Shown piece by piece: positions 1 through 16,035 of a stretch of DNA of 64,000 nt. The notes beneath the pieces were generated by a model, which had not been told where the DNA came from, did no database searches, and saw only the letters and a program-made list of their open reading frames with translations. Location of the stretch: assembly GCF_009914755.1 (NCBI RefSeq), contig NC_060933.1; one strand, given 5' to 3'. Origin of the DNA: the human T2T-CHM13v2.0 reference genome, Homo sapiens. The stretch's first letter is position 1; each line of letters begins with the position of its first letter. The translations under genes and the position numbers were made by a program.

Positions 1-307
1 TGGCTTCCAACAGAAAAGCAAGTAAAGAAAAATAACTTAAAATTATCACTTCTTTGTAGGATTTAAAGCTAATAGCACAAATCTAATAGTTCGTCTAAGT
101 GCAACATCCTCCAAACAGACCTTGAACCTCAGGTAATCGCACACTCACCAGTTTTCCTGTTTCACACCTCTGAATTTAAAATCTTCTCTGGTGGTAAAGA
201 CTGGCAAAGCTGCCTAAGCTTTTCTGGCTTATGCACTTCGTAGCTCCTTTCACTATGGTCCTGGCCTTTCTTAACTGAATCTAGCCAAAAATTCAGTTGG
301 TTCAATT

Positions 308-599
308 AACCATCATTCTCAGCAAACTATCGCAAGGACAAAAAACCAAACATCGCATGTTCTCACTCATAGGTGGGAATTGAACAATGAGAACACATGG
401 ACACCGGAAGGGGAACATCACACACCGGGGCCTGCCGTGGGGTGGGGGGAGGGGGGAGGGATAGCATTAGGAGATATACCTAATGTTAAATGACGAGTTG
501 ATGGGTGCAGCACACCAATATGGCACATGTATACGTATGTAACTAACCTGCATGTTGTGCACATGTACCCTAAAACTTAAAGTATAATTTAAAAAAAAA
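308..599 (+). mobile_element. 5'-truncated L1PA (about L1PA3-5) 3' end
   Basis: L1 ORF2 end and 3' UTR: aaccatcattctcagcaaactatcgcaagg, G-rich tract, gtaccctaaaacttaaagtataat, A tail; GAG rather than ACA at the L1HS diagnostic site. Confidence 0.93.
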
Positions 600-1509
600 T
601 TCTGAAATCTGCAACCATGTAACATTCTTCACAGAATAAATGAGAATTCTATTCCGTAACATATTAATGCTTCATAAGCTTACTAATCTGACATACTATA
701 AAACCTAAACTCATCCTGCAAAAAAAATCATAGAAATACATTAAGTGATACATGCAGATCCACTTTACAATGAAAGGTTTAAGAGATAGACTAATGTAGA
801 CTTTGTGCAAATTAATATCCCTTCTAATTATTCCTAGGCAAAAATACAGCTCATGTGACTTTATTTGGGACATTCATTTAATTAGATATCCAGCAGCAAT
901 GGTCATTGTGCCAGTGGGCACAGAGAATCAGAATGACTGAGATATATTATTGCTTTTGGAAGGAGGTTTTAAGACAAAAACACATTTGCATAAGTGTTAA
1001 CTTGGGAAATCACTGCCCCTCAATAGTTTTAAACAATGTTTTTGTAGCAGATAGATGGGTAAAGCAGTATTTTAGCCATAAGCTTCCATTGTTCTTCAGT
1101 AGGACAAAGTATCAGGCTATGCACAATGTATTCCTATGACACGGACAAGAAGCCGCAATTAAATCAAAGTACCTCCAGCTTAGGTCACTAACTGCGCAGA
1201 TGTGGTTTCTTCACTGGCAGATGACGGCATGATCTACAGGGGGCAGAGTCCATGAAATAGTCAGTTAACTGAGGAAATGTCTAATTTCCCACAGAACACT
1301 CTGTATAACTACATGGCACTACTCTGAAAAGTCTCGGTCATGACCGGATTAGATGGTGAAAACAATCTGTTTATTTAGGCTTGACTTCTGTTAACAGAAT
1401 GAAATGCCAATGGAAGAATTTAGATTTTGATGCAAAAACGCAAGTTGGCTACCTAAAAACTGGATTCTATAGTATTCAATTAGAACTTGGCAGAGAAAGA
1501 TGTCTATTT

Positions 1510-1620
1510 ACTACTATCACTATTATGGCTATTATTCCTGATATTAATATTGATGTTACTTTTATAAATATTATTAGTACTACTCCCATTACTACCACCA
1601 TTACTATCATCATTGCCACA
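1510..1620. repeat. Degenerate trinucleotide (ATT/ACT/ATC) low-complexity tract
   Basis: actactatcactattatg...actaccaccattactatcatcatt; source of the Thr/Ile-rich ORF 1381-1641. Confidence 0.6.
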
Positions 1621-1912
1621 ACTTCTTGCCTGGGCTTTTAGTCAGAGTCTTTTCCCTAATCTTCCTACTTTTATTCTTGGCCTTTTATCATCCATGACTG
1701 CCTTCATCACCTTTCATCATCCATTCTCCATATTTTAGCCAAATTGAGCTTTTAAAAGTGTGAATTAGATTATATCACGCCTCTGCTTACAACCTTCCAA
1801 GGACTCCCCATTGCCTCAAAGTAAAATGCATGCTGCTTATCCAGTTAAACATAAGTCATTTTGCCCTGTTTGCCCGATTTAATACCAAACCAGTGTAGCT
1901 GGGGTACATTGA

Positions 1913-2580
<668 letters not shown>

Positions 2581-4108
2581 TAGAAGAATAAATTATTATT
2601 ATTAGCAAGACCTTATATTCACTGATCACTTACTAAACAGCAATGTGCTGTAATCACATTAGCCTAATTAACCTACACTGTCAATGTGTAAGAGAAGAAA
2701 GCATTAATAACACATGCAGGGGCTAGGGAAGATGCACACATCTTAAGTTTAAATATTCAAAAGTTATAAACAAAGCCAATGGGCTGTTATATAAAATACG
2801 TACTCTAAAATACAGACTTTACCCTTGTCAAATATACCTCCATAGAAACATATAAGATCATGTTTGATTTTAAGTTCTTGAATTCCTCTCTTTGTCCCAC
2901 ACTGCAGGGGACATCAGGTGAACAGGCTGTGAACCTCCAGTTCACATGTCTTAGATTAAGGCACATCACTTCAAACAGCCATCTCGAGACAACAGTTTGT
3001 GCCTGTGGCCTACGTATAGTAAGGCAAGCTGTGGAAGGAGGCCCGTGAAGATACTAGAAGTGGGAACAAGGGCATTTAGACAAAAGGTCCCAGGAATCCA
3101 GGGCTTGTCCTCAAAGGGGAGGTACAGGCAACAGTTAAGCACATTCCCGTAGCAGCATGAACTCCTCATCTTATAAGAAAAGAGGTGGTCAGAGGGAGGC
3201 CAGAGTAGAGCTTTCTAAAGCATGGGGTCGGGAGCTGGGGTCCCTTTGACCTGAGTCTAAAAATAAAACTAACTCCACACTCTGAGCCTCAATAATTTGA
3301 GCCTCAAATGAGTGAGTGGCAGCATCAGATTTCTAATGCAGCCATTCTGATTCCAGTGCTCATACTCTCAGCACTCTGCCAACCTTCTTCATAACATGGG
3401 AAACACAAAACATGACAATATTTGTGGTACATATTGGGGAAAATCCTCTAAGTCACCCTTGAGGTGACTTGAGGGATAAAGGAATCAGTATCTAAACACA
3501 TCAAAAACCCATTGGGAACCAACCAGTACATTGGACATTAGAAAGCTGTACACTGTACTTTACTTTTTATTCCAAATTTCATAAAATTATTAAGATCCAT
3601 TCAAACATAAGCCAGACTATTTGGATAACAGGCAATTTCTTTCCAGCAAATGTTGAATTCCTGATATGTGTAAAGCGCTTTGCTAGGTGCTTGGGGCAGG
3701 GAAGTGGGAAGAAAATACCACCTAATGGGAAAAATGCAAATAAACCACAGGCTACAATAAAAAGCAGGATAAGTGAAGGATTTGATAGCACTATACGGAA
3801 TTTAGTTTAGTAGTACAGAGAATGACTGGTTAATTCTTAGTGATAGATTAGGGGAAGAGGGTTGCCAGAATCCAGATGGTATTCAAAATGGAACTTGAAA
3901 GATAAATAGGCTTTAACAGCACAGGCTGGTGGGGAGGACATTTGGGGTTGCTCGAACAACATGAACGGAGACAGGACAATCATGACAATTTCACTGCTTG
4001 GCACAGCATTGGCAAGTCCAAGATGGCTAAATCAAAGACTATTCTAGGAGAAACATGTAGAAAGGTGGTTTTGTGTCAGATCAAGGAGGAGTATAAATAC
4101 AAAGAAGA

Positions 4109-4490
<382 letters not shown>

Positions 4491-6019
4491 TTACAATTGT
4501 TTTAAGAACTAAGCTGAGAGAATTTATAAGAATAAATTAGTAGTAAGGACGTACAAGTGGGATAGGCTTTAACCAGGGCAGTAGTGGTGGAAATGAAATA
4601 ACTAAATAGAAGAACTGTGGAGAAGTTGAATGAACAGGAATGGCTTGATACAGACAAGCCCACTTGATAAGGGACTTTGGAAAAGGGCTGATTGTGATTT
4701 AAATGTGTCATGATTTGAATGTGGATAACTAAAGGATTGTGGCTTAAAAGCTCAGGAGACAGGAACAGATGTCAAAGACACAGAGTTTGTGGCTAACATT
4801 GGAAAACAGGAGGACTCAAGTGCCCCAAAGAGGGGAGGAACAGAAGAGAGATTTATAAAAGAGAAGAAAAGATAAGGATATCTGATGAAGTTAAAGGAGA
4901 ATGGCTTTTTTATTTTGTCAGTGAAGCAAAACCCAGGGTCATTAGTTAAGAAAGGAGGGATTGGAGTATGATTGGAATTTTACATGTTTTACAACTTTTA
5001 AAATTACACAATGGTACTTGGATTGGGGGTTTGGGAAGTGGACTGCTGCACAGTTTGACTCCTTATTTGGTGGTCTAACCTTCCCTTTATGGGATCCAAT
5101 AATGGGTACAAAAGCAATTCAAGGAAATATTAGTCCTAACAAGATCATAGTTTCACAAGAATGTTTTATGTTCATCTCCAGGGCTTTTTAAGTGATTTTA
5201 AAAATTTTTTTCAAATCATTTGTACTTTAGAAAACAATTAGAAAAGAAAAGGCATGTATGCCAAGTCTCCAAACAAGACAGGTCACATTTTAGATTTGTG
5301 AATGGACAAAATCAATGAAATCAAGAGTAGAACAGTCAACAGACCATTTTACACAAACTCAATAAAATTATTTAAGGTGTGTCCCCTTCACACATTTTAG
5401 CACATGGTTCCGGAAAATGAGATGTTTCACCAGGCCCTTCAGTTCTGGCCATAATATAAAATGGATTGAGACTTTTAACTAAAAGGAAAAAGAAAAGCAA
5501 ACAATGGCTTTAACAAACAGTACCCAGAATTGAATTGGCCCTGTTCAATAGCCCTTTATACAAATAACTCGTTTCACAAAATTAACTGGCATTCGCATAC
5601 AATTTTATCAACCTACTTTTAGGATATGAATAATAACAGGATTTACTTTGCCATCTCAAAATTGTCCTCTGTAAATTCACACAGTTCTAATTTACCTACC
5701 CTAATATCAGGAAGATTTAGTTATACGACACTTTAATTAGTGCTTTCACTGTACTTGGTAGTTAGTTACTACCATTTTAGCCTCTTCAGGTTTTGTGTGC
5801 ACATGTAATTCCAGTGTATCACAAAGCAAATATAGATTACTGAAAGGTTACCTCTCAGAATATTTAATAAAGCTAAAAACTAGCAAAATGGAAACTATTT
5901 CAAACCCCAGACTGTTAAAGTGCTAGATTCAGGGAACAGAGTCTACTGAGCTCCAAAAGTCTAAAATTACTTTAGCAAAGGACAACAGTGGCAGTGGAGA
6001 GGGATAAGATAACTGAGAG

Positions 6020-6346
<327 letters not shown>

Positions 6347-7088
6347 TCAATAGGAATTGGCAAGTCATTGCATACTGAGTAAAGGAAAGGGTCAAAAATC
6401 AGTACAAAGTGCCTAGCCTAGGTGACTTGGGAGAAGAAACTGGATGACAAAGCTCAAAAGAGTCAGGAGAGGAAGGAATAAAAAATACCAGGGGGGAATT
6501 TGCACTGGAAGGGAGAAGAGGTATTCCATCCTCAGAAATAGAAGGGAAGGAGGAGGAACTCAGAGATGTCAAAGAGAAGATTAGTTGATGAAATTCATAT
6601 GAGCTGAACTTTTATTTTCTCAGTGATACTAGGTAATCAGCTCAGGGCAAGGGAAGAGCTCCCGTGGGCAATGGGATACTGGAATACCAGATCAGACTCC
6701 TTTCTGCTGCTTAGTCATTAGTGATGGTCTAGAATTATCATCCCAGGCAGAAATATGAGATCCAACAATCATGAAATAGGGTTTAAAACAAGGAGGTCCA
6801 GAGACTTAAATTTATATTTTATAACAAATGATCTATTTTACTAGCTAAAGTGAAGGCCTTAAAATAGGTGTAATAGTGAAATATTTGAGGAGACAAAAAA
6901 GACCAGCCTTGCTAGGCTGACAGCACAATGTCAAAAGCTGATAGACTGTCCTTCTCAGGGTCTTCAATCCAAGAACATTGAAATGATTGAGATTTTAAGT
7001 ACATCTCACTCTCTTTTGATAACTGAACTTGTTCAAGCTCTTCCAAACCTCCAATAATTGGAAACGTAAGGCATCAGAAATTACTGGT

Positions 7089-7563
7089 TGTCAGTCTGAA
7101 ACCCATTCACCCTTCTTACATGTTTTCCTTTGGAAAATTCTCCCACTATGTGACTTAGTAAACTGAATAGTCTAAGCAATCATAAAAATCAAATTCCTTC
7201 ACTATGGATTGGTTTAGACAGAAGTGTTCAACCAACTCTGGCCAATGAGACCCGAGGGAGTTGGCTGCAGGGCCTCTGGGTATGGTAAGGTGGTTTCTTC
7301 TTCCTCTGGACATTCTGATATTTGAATGTGACTCCTAGAAATATACAATCACATGGTGACCATGAAGGAACACACCAGGGGACAAAGCTAACAGACTGGG
7401 GATGATGGAAGCGAAGACAGAAAGGATATCTTTTAGACTCTACGTTAACCAACTTGGAACCATCATATCTCAGTCCTTCTTTTTAGGTGAGAGAACATAT
7501 TTTTCCTCATATTTTAATTTTGTTGAGGTTTGTTATTTGTTGCAAATCCTGTCTTAACTGATT
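7089..7563 (+). mobile_element. Old ERVL-type solo LTR (LTR33/LTR16-like)
   Basis: Starts tg, internal tctggccaatgagac and gtgaccatgaagg motifs, ends cttaactgat; recognised from memory of consensus. Confidence 0.5.
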
Positions 7564-8704
7564 TAAGGTGGCCAGAGGAGAGATAAAGTCCCCTTTTCCA
7601 GCTATTCACAACTTACTCTTGTTGTCTGCTTGATCTTCCCAGTCAGCCAAGACACTTTTAACAGAGCCCTGGTGTGTTATAATGTACGTCCAACTATTGT
7701 TACACATGTACGTAACTACTTATGATTGTCAACCTCCCTGAGCATCATGATCATAAATAAAAGTTCTGTGTTTTGTGGAAGCAGGGGTTTTGAAAGAAGT
7801 GAGCTTTATGGCTCAAAACGTAACGACAAGCCACTTAAAGATATACAGATAAAAATCTTCATGAAGGAAGAAGAGGAAAACAGTTTTATTTCAAAACAGA
7901 TAAATCTCTAATGAGCTTTAAGATATCTATGATTTGCTTTTAAAGAGCAGGCAATGAAAAAAGTGTTTCATCTGGAATATACTTCCTGACTTAAAAATAG
8001 CACTTGAAAAAATTTGCTCATTTCATTTGCAGACTGTTAATAGCAAAACTCATCTGGAGGATCTTTAAAATGCTCTGAAAGTAATCCCTGAAAGTATGGT
8101 CACCCAAAACTTTGTTTTATAAAATGCCAACCAAGGCTTCTCCATAAGGCCAAAACAAATAAGTTAATGAGAATATAACTAAATTCAGAAGAAAAATTAC
8201 TAGCCCTTAAGAAAAATATATTTATTTGAAAATGTTCATTTACCTGCAAACACTATAAAACCAAACTCTACATTGGAGCTTTGATGTGATTGTATATTCT
8301 TATCATAAATATTTTTTAAAAATCAGAGGAAGTTACATAAGCAAAGGATGTATAAATAGTCTATTTTACTACAAAGAGTACAGCTTAAATGTTCCTATTT
8401 GGAATCATAATATAGTTCAGCAGCATAACACTACTGTGCAAGCTAATCATTAAGCCTTAAAAACATCACACATATACACACACAAATACGCTAACCAGTA
8501 TTTTTGTCCCTTGAGATATATATATTTTCTCACAAATGTAAAGAAGCCTACACAGCTGTTTCCTTTAAAGATAAAAAGGGAAAAAAATTATTCTGCTGCA
8601 AAATACAACTAAAACAATTAGAATTAAAAAATGTTCACAACAAATATTTTTCAAAGGAATGTCCCAAAGACCTTCTCTTTAGTACACCCTACACATGACT
8701 GGTA

Positions 8705-8760
8705 TCATAGTGGGAATCTACGAGATAGGAAAGAACTGCAGAACAGAAAGCAACGCAGAC
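8705..8760 (-). other. Candidate exon start (3' splice site at 8761/8760), possible terminal exon
   Basis: Minus strand cattcatcttaattctttttgtgttccag|GTCTGCG; AATAAA on the minus strand at 8221-8226. Confidence 0.3.
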
Positions 8761-9309
8761 CTGGAACACAAAAAGAATTAAGATGAATGGGTCAGGAGAT
8801 CTTGAAAACAACGGAGAGATGCCATCAAGTGGCTGAAGAAAGAATTCTTCACGTGGGATGGTTTTCCCAGACATCACCATCTGGTGGTCAATTGTGAGAA
8901 TCATTTTAGACTGGTAAAACTGTACAATGTGAAATACTAGTCTTTCATGCAGTCCTTAATTTAAGGCTTGATAACTCCTCATTGACATTAAGAGAATACA
9001 CTCCATTAACAATCTTTAAACACCATTTACATGACAGACTCATAAGGAATCATAAAATAGGAGTCACAATTCTACATAGGAGGGGAAGTACATTTAGAAT
9101 TTGGCTTAAACAATTTTAGGGAACTTTTTTTCATAATAAATTCAAATTGAATAGCTATTTACAACTGTATTTAACTTGAAGCTATAATTTTTACCTTCCC
9201 TTCCCATATCTGTTGGCAGCCTAAAGTTGGGATCGTAAGTTTTTATTGTTATTGTTCTCATTTTGCTTTTTATTTTTACCTAAAATAGATCTTATAAATC
9301 ATTTTATTT

Positions 9310-9975
9310 ATGAATTCATTTATTTACATCTTCAAAAATTATTTTTGGACCATCTTCGTTGGACTGGGCACTGATTTAGGCACTGGTTATACAATGGTGA
9401 GCAAAATGGGCATACTGCTGTCCTTAAGCTTATAATCCAGTGTAGGTGACACACACTCAAGAAAAGTATTGGTTTACTCATTTGAAATCTATGTACTGAG
9501 TATATATTTCTTATGCCTTGTTCAGGGAGACATTAATGAGCAAAATAGATAAGGATTCCTAGTCTCAAGGAGCGCTTTGGATTATAAAGGAGGATGTGAA
9601 CAAAGGTCGAGGGAAATGACACTGAACCTTTGATGTGAAACATGAGAAAGAGCCAGCAGTAAGAAGGGCAGGGGGCAGGAGCCAGAAGCAGAGGGATCAG
9701 GATTGCAGGTGCATATGCAAAGGTCCTAAGATTCATTGGGGGAGGGGAGGTAGGCAGAGTAGCTACAGGACAACGAACAAAGGGGAGAGTAAGATGACCT
9801 GGGACCAGAGAGGTAGGAGAGGATAGGTCATTGCAGAATGTTGTAGGTAATGGAAGAGAGGGGGTTTGATTTTCGGTTTAAGAGCAGTGGGAAGCCACTG
9901 AAAACATAGTCACAGGAGTGACATGATTTGCTTTGTTCCAAAAAGATCAGTTCAACTGCTTTTTGGAAGATGGAT
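9310..9975 (-). mobile_element. L2 fragments
   Basis: attcatttattt...ggcactgatttaggcactgg...aagagcagtgggaagccactg...ggagtgacatgat, typical reverse L2. Confidence 0.6.
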
Positions 9976-10504
9976 AGAGAAATGGATGGATGAATGGATG
10001 GATGGGAAGATAAGTATTCTTGTACTTTTAGAGAAAGTTTCCTTTTATTGTTTTTCTAAGAGAAAAATGAGTTTGATAACAATTTTCTGAAGCCATATCC
10101 CAAGACTTCTACCAGCTTCATTAATATTGGTGGATGGCATTTTTTGACCTGCAAGTATTCCTGATATACATTCTTGTGCTCAGGAAATCAGAAAATACAA
10201 AGATTAATGCTCACACTGCCTTATTCACCAGTTATAATTCTTCACTTCCTCATGTGAACTCCCCTATCATAGCATTAATCTTACCCTCTGATAAATTAAC
10301 TTTGTTCTGAGTTCATCTTCTCTACAAGACTAAATGCTTATATCTTCTCTCATTTTTTTGCAATCCCATAATGCTGTCTTTCATTCTTGGGAGCTTTATC
10401 ATAAATGTTTATTTAACTAAATAAAAAAATTATAGTTTAATATTAATTCATTGTACCACAGAATTTTAACTTTTAACATTAGAATACTCACTTCTCCAAA
10501 GGAA

Positions 10505-11120
10505 TTTTTTTAATTTTTAGTTTTTAAACATGGGTACATAGGTATATATATGGGGCACATGAGATATTTTGATACAGGCATGCAATGTATAATAATCACA
10601 ACATGGAAAATGGGTTATTCATCCCCTCAAGTATTTATCCTTTTTGTTACAAACAATCCAATTATACCCTTTTAGTTATTTTAAAATATACAATTAAATT
10701 ATTTGGCTATAATCACCCTGTTGTGCTATAATAGGTCTTATTCATTTCTATTTTGTTTTTTGTACCCATTAACCATCTTCTCCTGCCCCCACCCTCCCAC
10801 CATCCTCTCCACCTTCTGGTAACCATCCTTCTACTCTCTATCTCTGTGTGTTTAATTGTTTTGATTTTTAGTTCCCACAAATAAGTAAGAACTTATGTTT
10901 GTGTTTCTGTACCTGGCTTATTTCACTTAATATAACCACTTCCAGTTCCATCCGTGTTGTTGCCAATGATAGGATCTCATTCTTTTTTATGGCTGAATAG
11001 TATTCCATTTCCTTATTCATTCATGTGTTGATGGAGACTTAGATTGCATCCAAATCCTGGCTATTGTGAATAGTGCTGCAATAAACATGGGAGTGCAGAT
11101 ATCTGATATACTAATTTCCC
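10505..11120 (-). mobile_element. L1MA 3' fragment
   Basis: Reverse L1 3' UTR and ORF2 end; ORF 11017-11238 contains ICTPMFIAALFTIA. Confidence 0.85.
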
Positions 11121-11614
11121 CAAAGGAAAATTTAGATTGAAACCAATTTAACTTTTTTTTTTTAGGTTCTCTAATTATGGCCAATTGAGGTAGCATGTAT
11201 GGTTCCTCATAAAATCTGCTGCTCAGCCCTTCAGACAAGGTGGATACAGCGTATCAGGGTAACACAGTGGTTTTTCGTGGACTGTTATTGGACATTCTGG
11301 GTTCTGTTCATTTCCTTTAAAGCCATGACATGTTTATCAGACATTGACATTGCTTTGTTCACCTTTCTAAAAATGACAGCTTATGATACAAACCGCCTCT
11401 GTCCCAACAAGTTCCTCCATCAACACAGAATTCTGCTGTGAAAGGCACTTTCCAGGACCAACTTATTTCTTCATAAAATTATGCAATTTTTATTAGGAGT
11501 AGGTTTCAGTGACTAAAATGCCCTGCATTCAGGGAGCTAAGAGGAGCCATGGGAGAAACAGCCCACAAAATAACGGGGAGATTTGCTATGGAACTTTCAA
11601 AAATAATAGAAAGA

Positions 11615-11929
11615 CTTTTTCTTTCTTTTTTGTGACAGAGTCTCATTCTGTCACCTAGGCTGGAGTGCAGTGGAGCAGTCATGGCACATTGCGGCCTCGG
11701 CCTCCTTGGGCTCAAGTCAATCTCCCTCCTCAGCCTCCCAAGTAGCTGGGACCACAGGCATGCACACCTCGCCTGGCTAATTTTGTCTCTTTTTTTTTTT
11801 TTTTTTTTTTTTAGAAGTGCAGTCTTTCAATGTTGCCCAGGATGGTCTTGAACTCCTGAGGTCAAGCAATCTGCCTGCTTTGGCCTCCTGAAGTGCTGAG
11901 ATTACAGGCATGAGCCACCAAGCATGGCC
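11615..11929 (-). mobile_element. AluJ element
   Basis: Diverged reverse Alu with J-type ctgaggtcaagcaat and an expanded central T tract. Confidence 0.9.
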
Positions 11930-12262
11930 AAGATTTCTTTCATTATGGAACTTGGCTGAGTTTTTCTGTCCAAATTTGATTCAACATCCTTTTGGCTCCT
12001 ACAGAACCATGGATTTACCTTTACAGAATTACATTTGAAACTAGAGAGTAATGGTTTGTTCCATGTGTCTGTCTTTCTTATTGAAATGTAAGTCAGTGAG
12101 GGCAATTTCTTAATTTTCACATTTCTCACAGATGATTCATTGAAAGATGTCCAACAAATGTTTGATGGGTAAAGAAAAAAAATTCATCACTAGTTGAAAA
12201 GTTCTACTGACTCAAAGACAAATGTTTATAGTAAGGAAGAAACCATGCATTATGGCTTAGGT

Positions 12263-12472
12263 CAGTAACTATCAGGGGAATTTTGCTTTCCTGGGGGACA
12301 TTTGGCAATATTTAAAGACATTTTTAGTTGTTGCAAGTGGGCACGTGTGTACTCCTGTCATCTAGTTGGTAGAGGCTAGAAATGCTGCTAACCATCATAA
12401 CACCACACAGGACAGCCACTTATAAGCATTACATAGCCAAAAATGTCAATAGTGCCAAGGTTGAGACATCTG
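12263..12472 (+). mobile_element. MER20 (hAT-Charlie) DNA transposon relic
   Basis: ggggacatttggcaat...catctagttggtagaggctag...aaaatgtcaatagtgccaaggttgaga matches the MER20 consensus. Confidence 0.85.
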
Positions 12473-12549
12473 GCTTTAGGTTAAAGTTTCAATTGTTCTT
12501 CACACATATTAAAATGGAGCAGTTGCCCCCAAATTTATCCTCCTAGAAA

Positions 12550-13570
<1,021 letters not shown>

Positions 13571-14343
13571 TTTTTTAAAAAAGAAATCACTTCAGTTTTA
13601 TCCAAAATATTCTGATCTACCAAAACAGTATTTATTAAAGTTTGAATGCCAAACCACATTAACAAATTGGTCTTGTACATATTTAGACAGTTTGCATAAC
13701 CTTTATGTGTACATGATAAGATCAAACATAATGCAATCTCTAAAGTACAGAGGTGGTAAGGGCAAGGATAGAAAAGAAAGAGGGTGGAATAAAAAAAAAT
13801 GAAGATGAAAGGAAAGAAGACAAAGGGTCCCTTCTTACCTTTCATCCAGATGAGAATGGCTGAAATTTTCCAATTATCAAAAGAAATCCCCTACCTCTTT
13901 CAGAGACAGCTTTGATTCTAGCAAAGCCACATCCAGTTTTGGACTCTGCCTATTTCTGTAGCCATGGAGCCATTTTCTTCTCTTAATCAGTCCAACTTAG
14001 CCACAAAGGGATTTTGCCTAAGTCCCCATAGCTACCACTAATCTATTACTGGATTGACTTTAAGCAAACATGACCAGAACCTACCACTGTGACCATCTCT
14101 AATCATTTCTGCATTCCCAGTGCCTCATGTCCAAACTCTCTAAACCATCTAGCTTCCACAAATGTTGAAGATTTTTAAAAATATTTTTACTAATTTTTGT
14201 AATGCTCATTTTAAAAAATGCTAAATGGTTAGTCAAGAATTAGAAGTCTCCTGTACTAAGAAACAAAAGTAAACAAAAATTTTAAAAGAATGCTTTAATT
14301 CCACTTGGAAAAAACTTTTACAAGATTGTGATTCATATAATAC

Positions 14344-14443
14344 CCATTGGCTGGCCAGGCATCCCACCATCCTGCCCACATTTGCAGACACCAACTGCCT
14401 CGCCATAATCAGTTCCTTCATCAATCCTGTCCACACACCTCTG
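14344..14443 (-). other. Candidate 100-nt exon
   Basis: GC-richer patch in AT-rich flanks; acceptor ctaagtgatgttttatgttaattgttttag|CAG (NAGNAG); weak donor TGG|gtatta. Confidence 0.3.
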
Positions 14444-15809
14444 CTAAAACAATTAACATAAAACATCACTTAGTATAAAAGACATAATGCTATATACAAA
14501 TGTAAGGTAAAAAAGAGACAAAACCTTGATAAAATATTATTTTGCCTGATGATGTTGAAGTCTATTCTGGTTTAATTTCTTGAGTCTTTGTTGAACTGTG
14601 TTCTTAAACCTGAGCAAAAACATACCTTTGCCACCCATTAAATGTAAATTTATAGTTCTTGTAACCTTGGGCAAGTCTTTTATTCTGTGCCAGCATCCAT
14701 CCTATTATGTGTAAAATAATGGGTTTCTATATGCTCATTTTAGCTGTAAAAACTCTAAGGTTATTATTGAGTAAATTCATAATCTGAATCTCTTTTCTCT
14801 TGGAAGAAAGCCAACTCTGCAGCTTCTTATGGACAGCTGTTGCCACAATTATCTTGTTTTCAAAAATGAATGATCTACAGCCAACCAAGAGTGGGTGGTT
14901 AAATCAAAAGAAAAAAAATCGATTTATTGCTTCTCCTTTGATCTGCTTCCAAGATCTGAGATGTGACATATTCAGTAAGGATTTCAGCCCATCTGAAGGC
15001 CATTCTATCTCTTTTCTCTTTTATTCAGAAGGATGGTGACCATGAATGCAGAAAAGAGAGAAAGTAGTAAGTAATCTTCAAAGTTACAAATGCTCAACAT
15101 TTGATTGGAGAGCATCTTTTTGAGGAGGAAATGGAGTTGGAATTCAGATGCAGTTTCTGGCGATAATGGTTTCATGGCTGAAGTCACTGCGTATTAATGA
15201 GTAAATACAGCCTTGCCTCTGATTTCATTATAGTCCTAACTTTCTTGCACTGCCCCTCTCTCGACAGTGGTGTGTTCATTTACCACTAGAGAAGAACTAC
15301 TCTTTTTCTTAGTACCAACTATGTGACAGGTGCGAGGCACATAGGATTGAAGAACATTGATGATAAAGGATCCCCCAGACTGGTACATAAGGAGAATGAT
15401 ATACCAAAAATTTAATAAAATGTGATGAGAACTCCAAGAGAGAGTGCCATACTGGGGAGTATGGAGGGGAAAAAAAAAGATTCCTTGGGTGTGCCAGAGG
15501 AAGCTTTAAAAAGGTGATATTTGTACCTCATCTTTAAGGATGAAGAGGACTTCAAGTAGACAAGCTAAGGGAATGGATTTCAGATAGGGAGGAATGCATG
15601 AGAGCCATGACCGTATGCCTGACATGGGACCTAGATACAGTTTGATGGGACCAAAACAAAAGGTATCTGCAAGAACAGATGCCACGTATGAGGCTAGGGT
15701 GATAGCAGGAGGCCCTTGCAAGGCACGTTAAAAAAATCTGTGCTATGACTTATAGGCTGATATGAAATTTGAAGGTTTAGAGAGGCAGATAAAATAGTAT
15801 TTTACAAAG

Positions 15810-16035
15810 TGTATTCCAGAGCAAACTGTACTCTTGCAAAAAAAAAATACTGGTAAGTAAAATTCAGGAAAAGTTGTATATTATAACGTCTTGGATATTC
15901 ATAATGTATAAATCCTAAACATTCTGATAAATCTTACAACGAAGAACCCTAACATGGTTAAGCCAGCATTTCTCAAATGTACCATCTTTAACATGTGCAG
16001 AATGATGTTTGCAGAGCACTCTGGGAAATATCTAG
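15810..16035. mobile_element. Probable hAT-Charlie MER relic
   Basis: cagcatttctcaaat and cactctgggaaatatct resemble Charlie-type MER motifs; family uncertain. Confidence 0.35.

Noticed and set aside
1171-1250. Minus-strand exon-like segment and CTCF-like tctacagggggcag
   Set aside because: Stops in all three frames, weak donor gtactt, and three mismatches in the 5' part of the CTCF core
3443-3477. Hairpin aagtcacc...ggtgactt
   Set aside because: Only an 8-bp perfect stem; expected by chance in 64 kb
13833-13860. AAG|gtaaga donor on the minus strand (similar isolated donors near 42135, 42337, 46995)
   Set aside because: No convincing paired acceptor; isolated donors are common by chance
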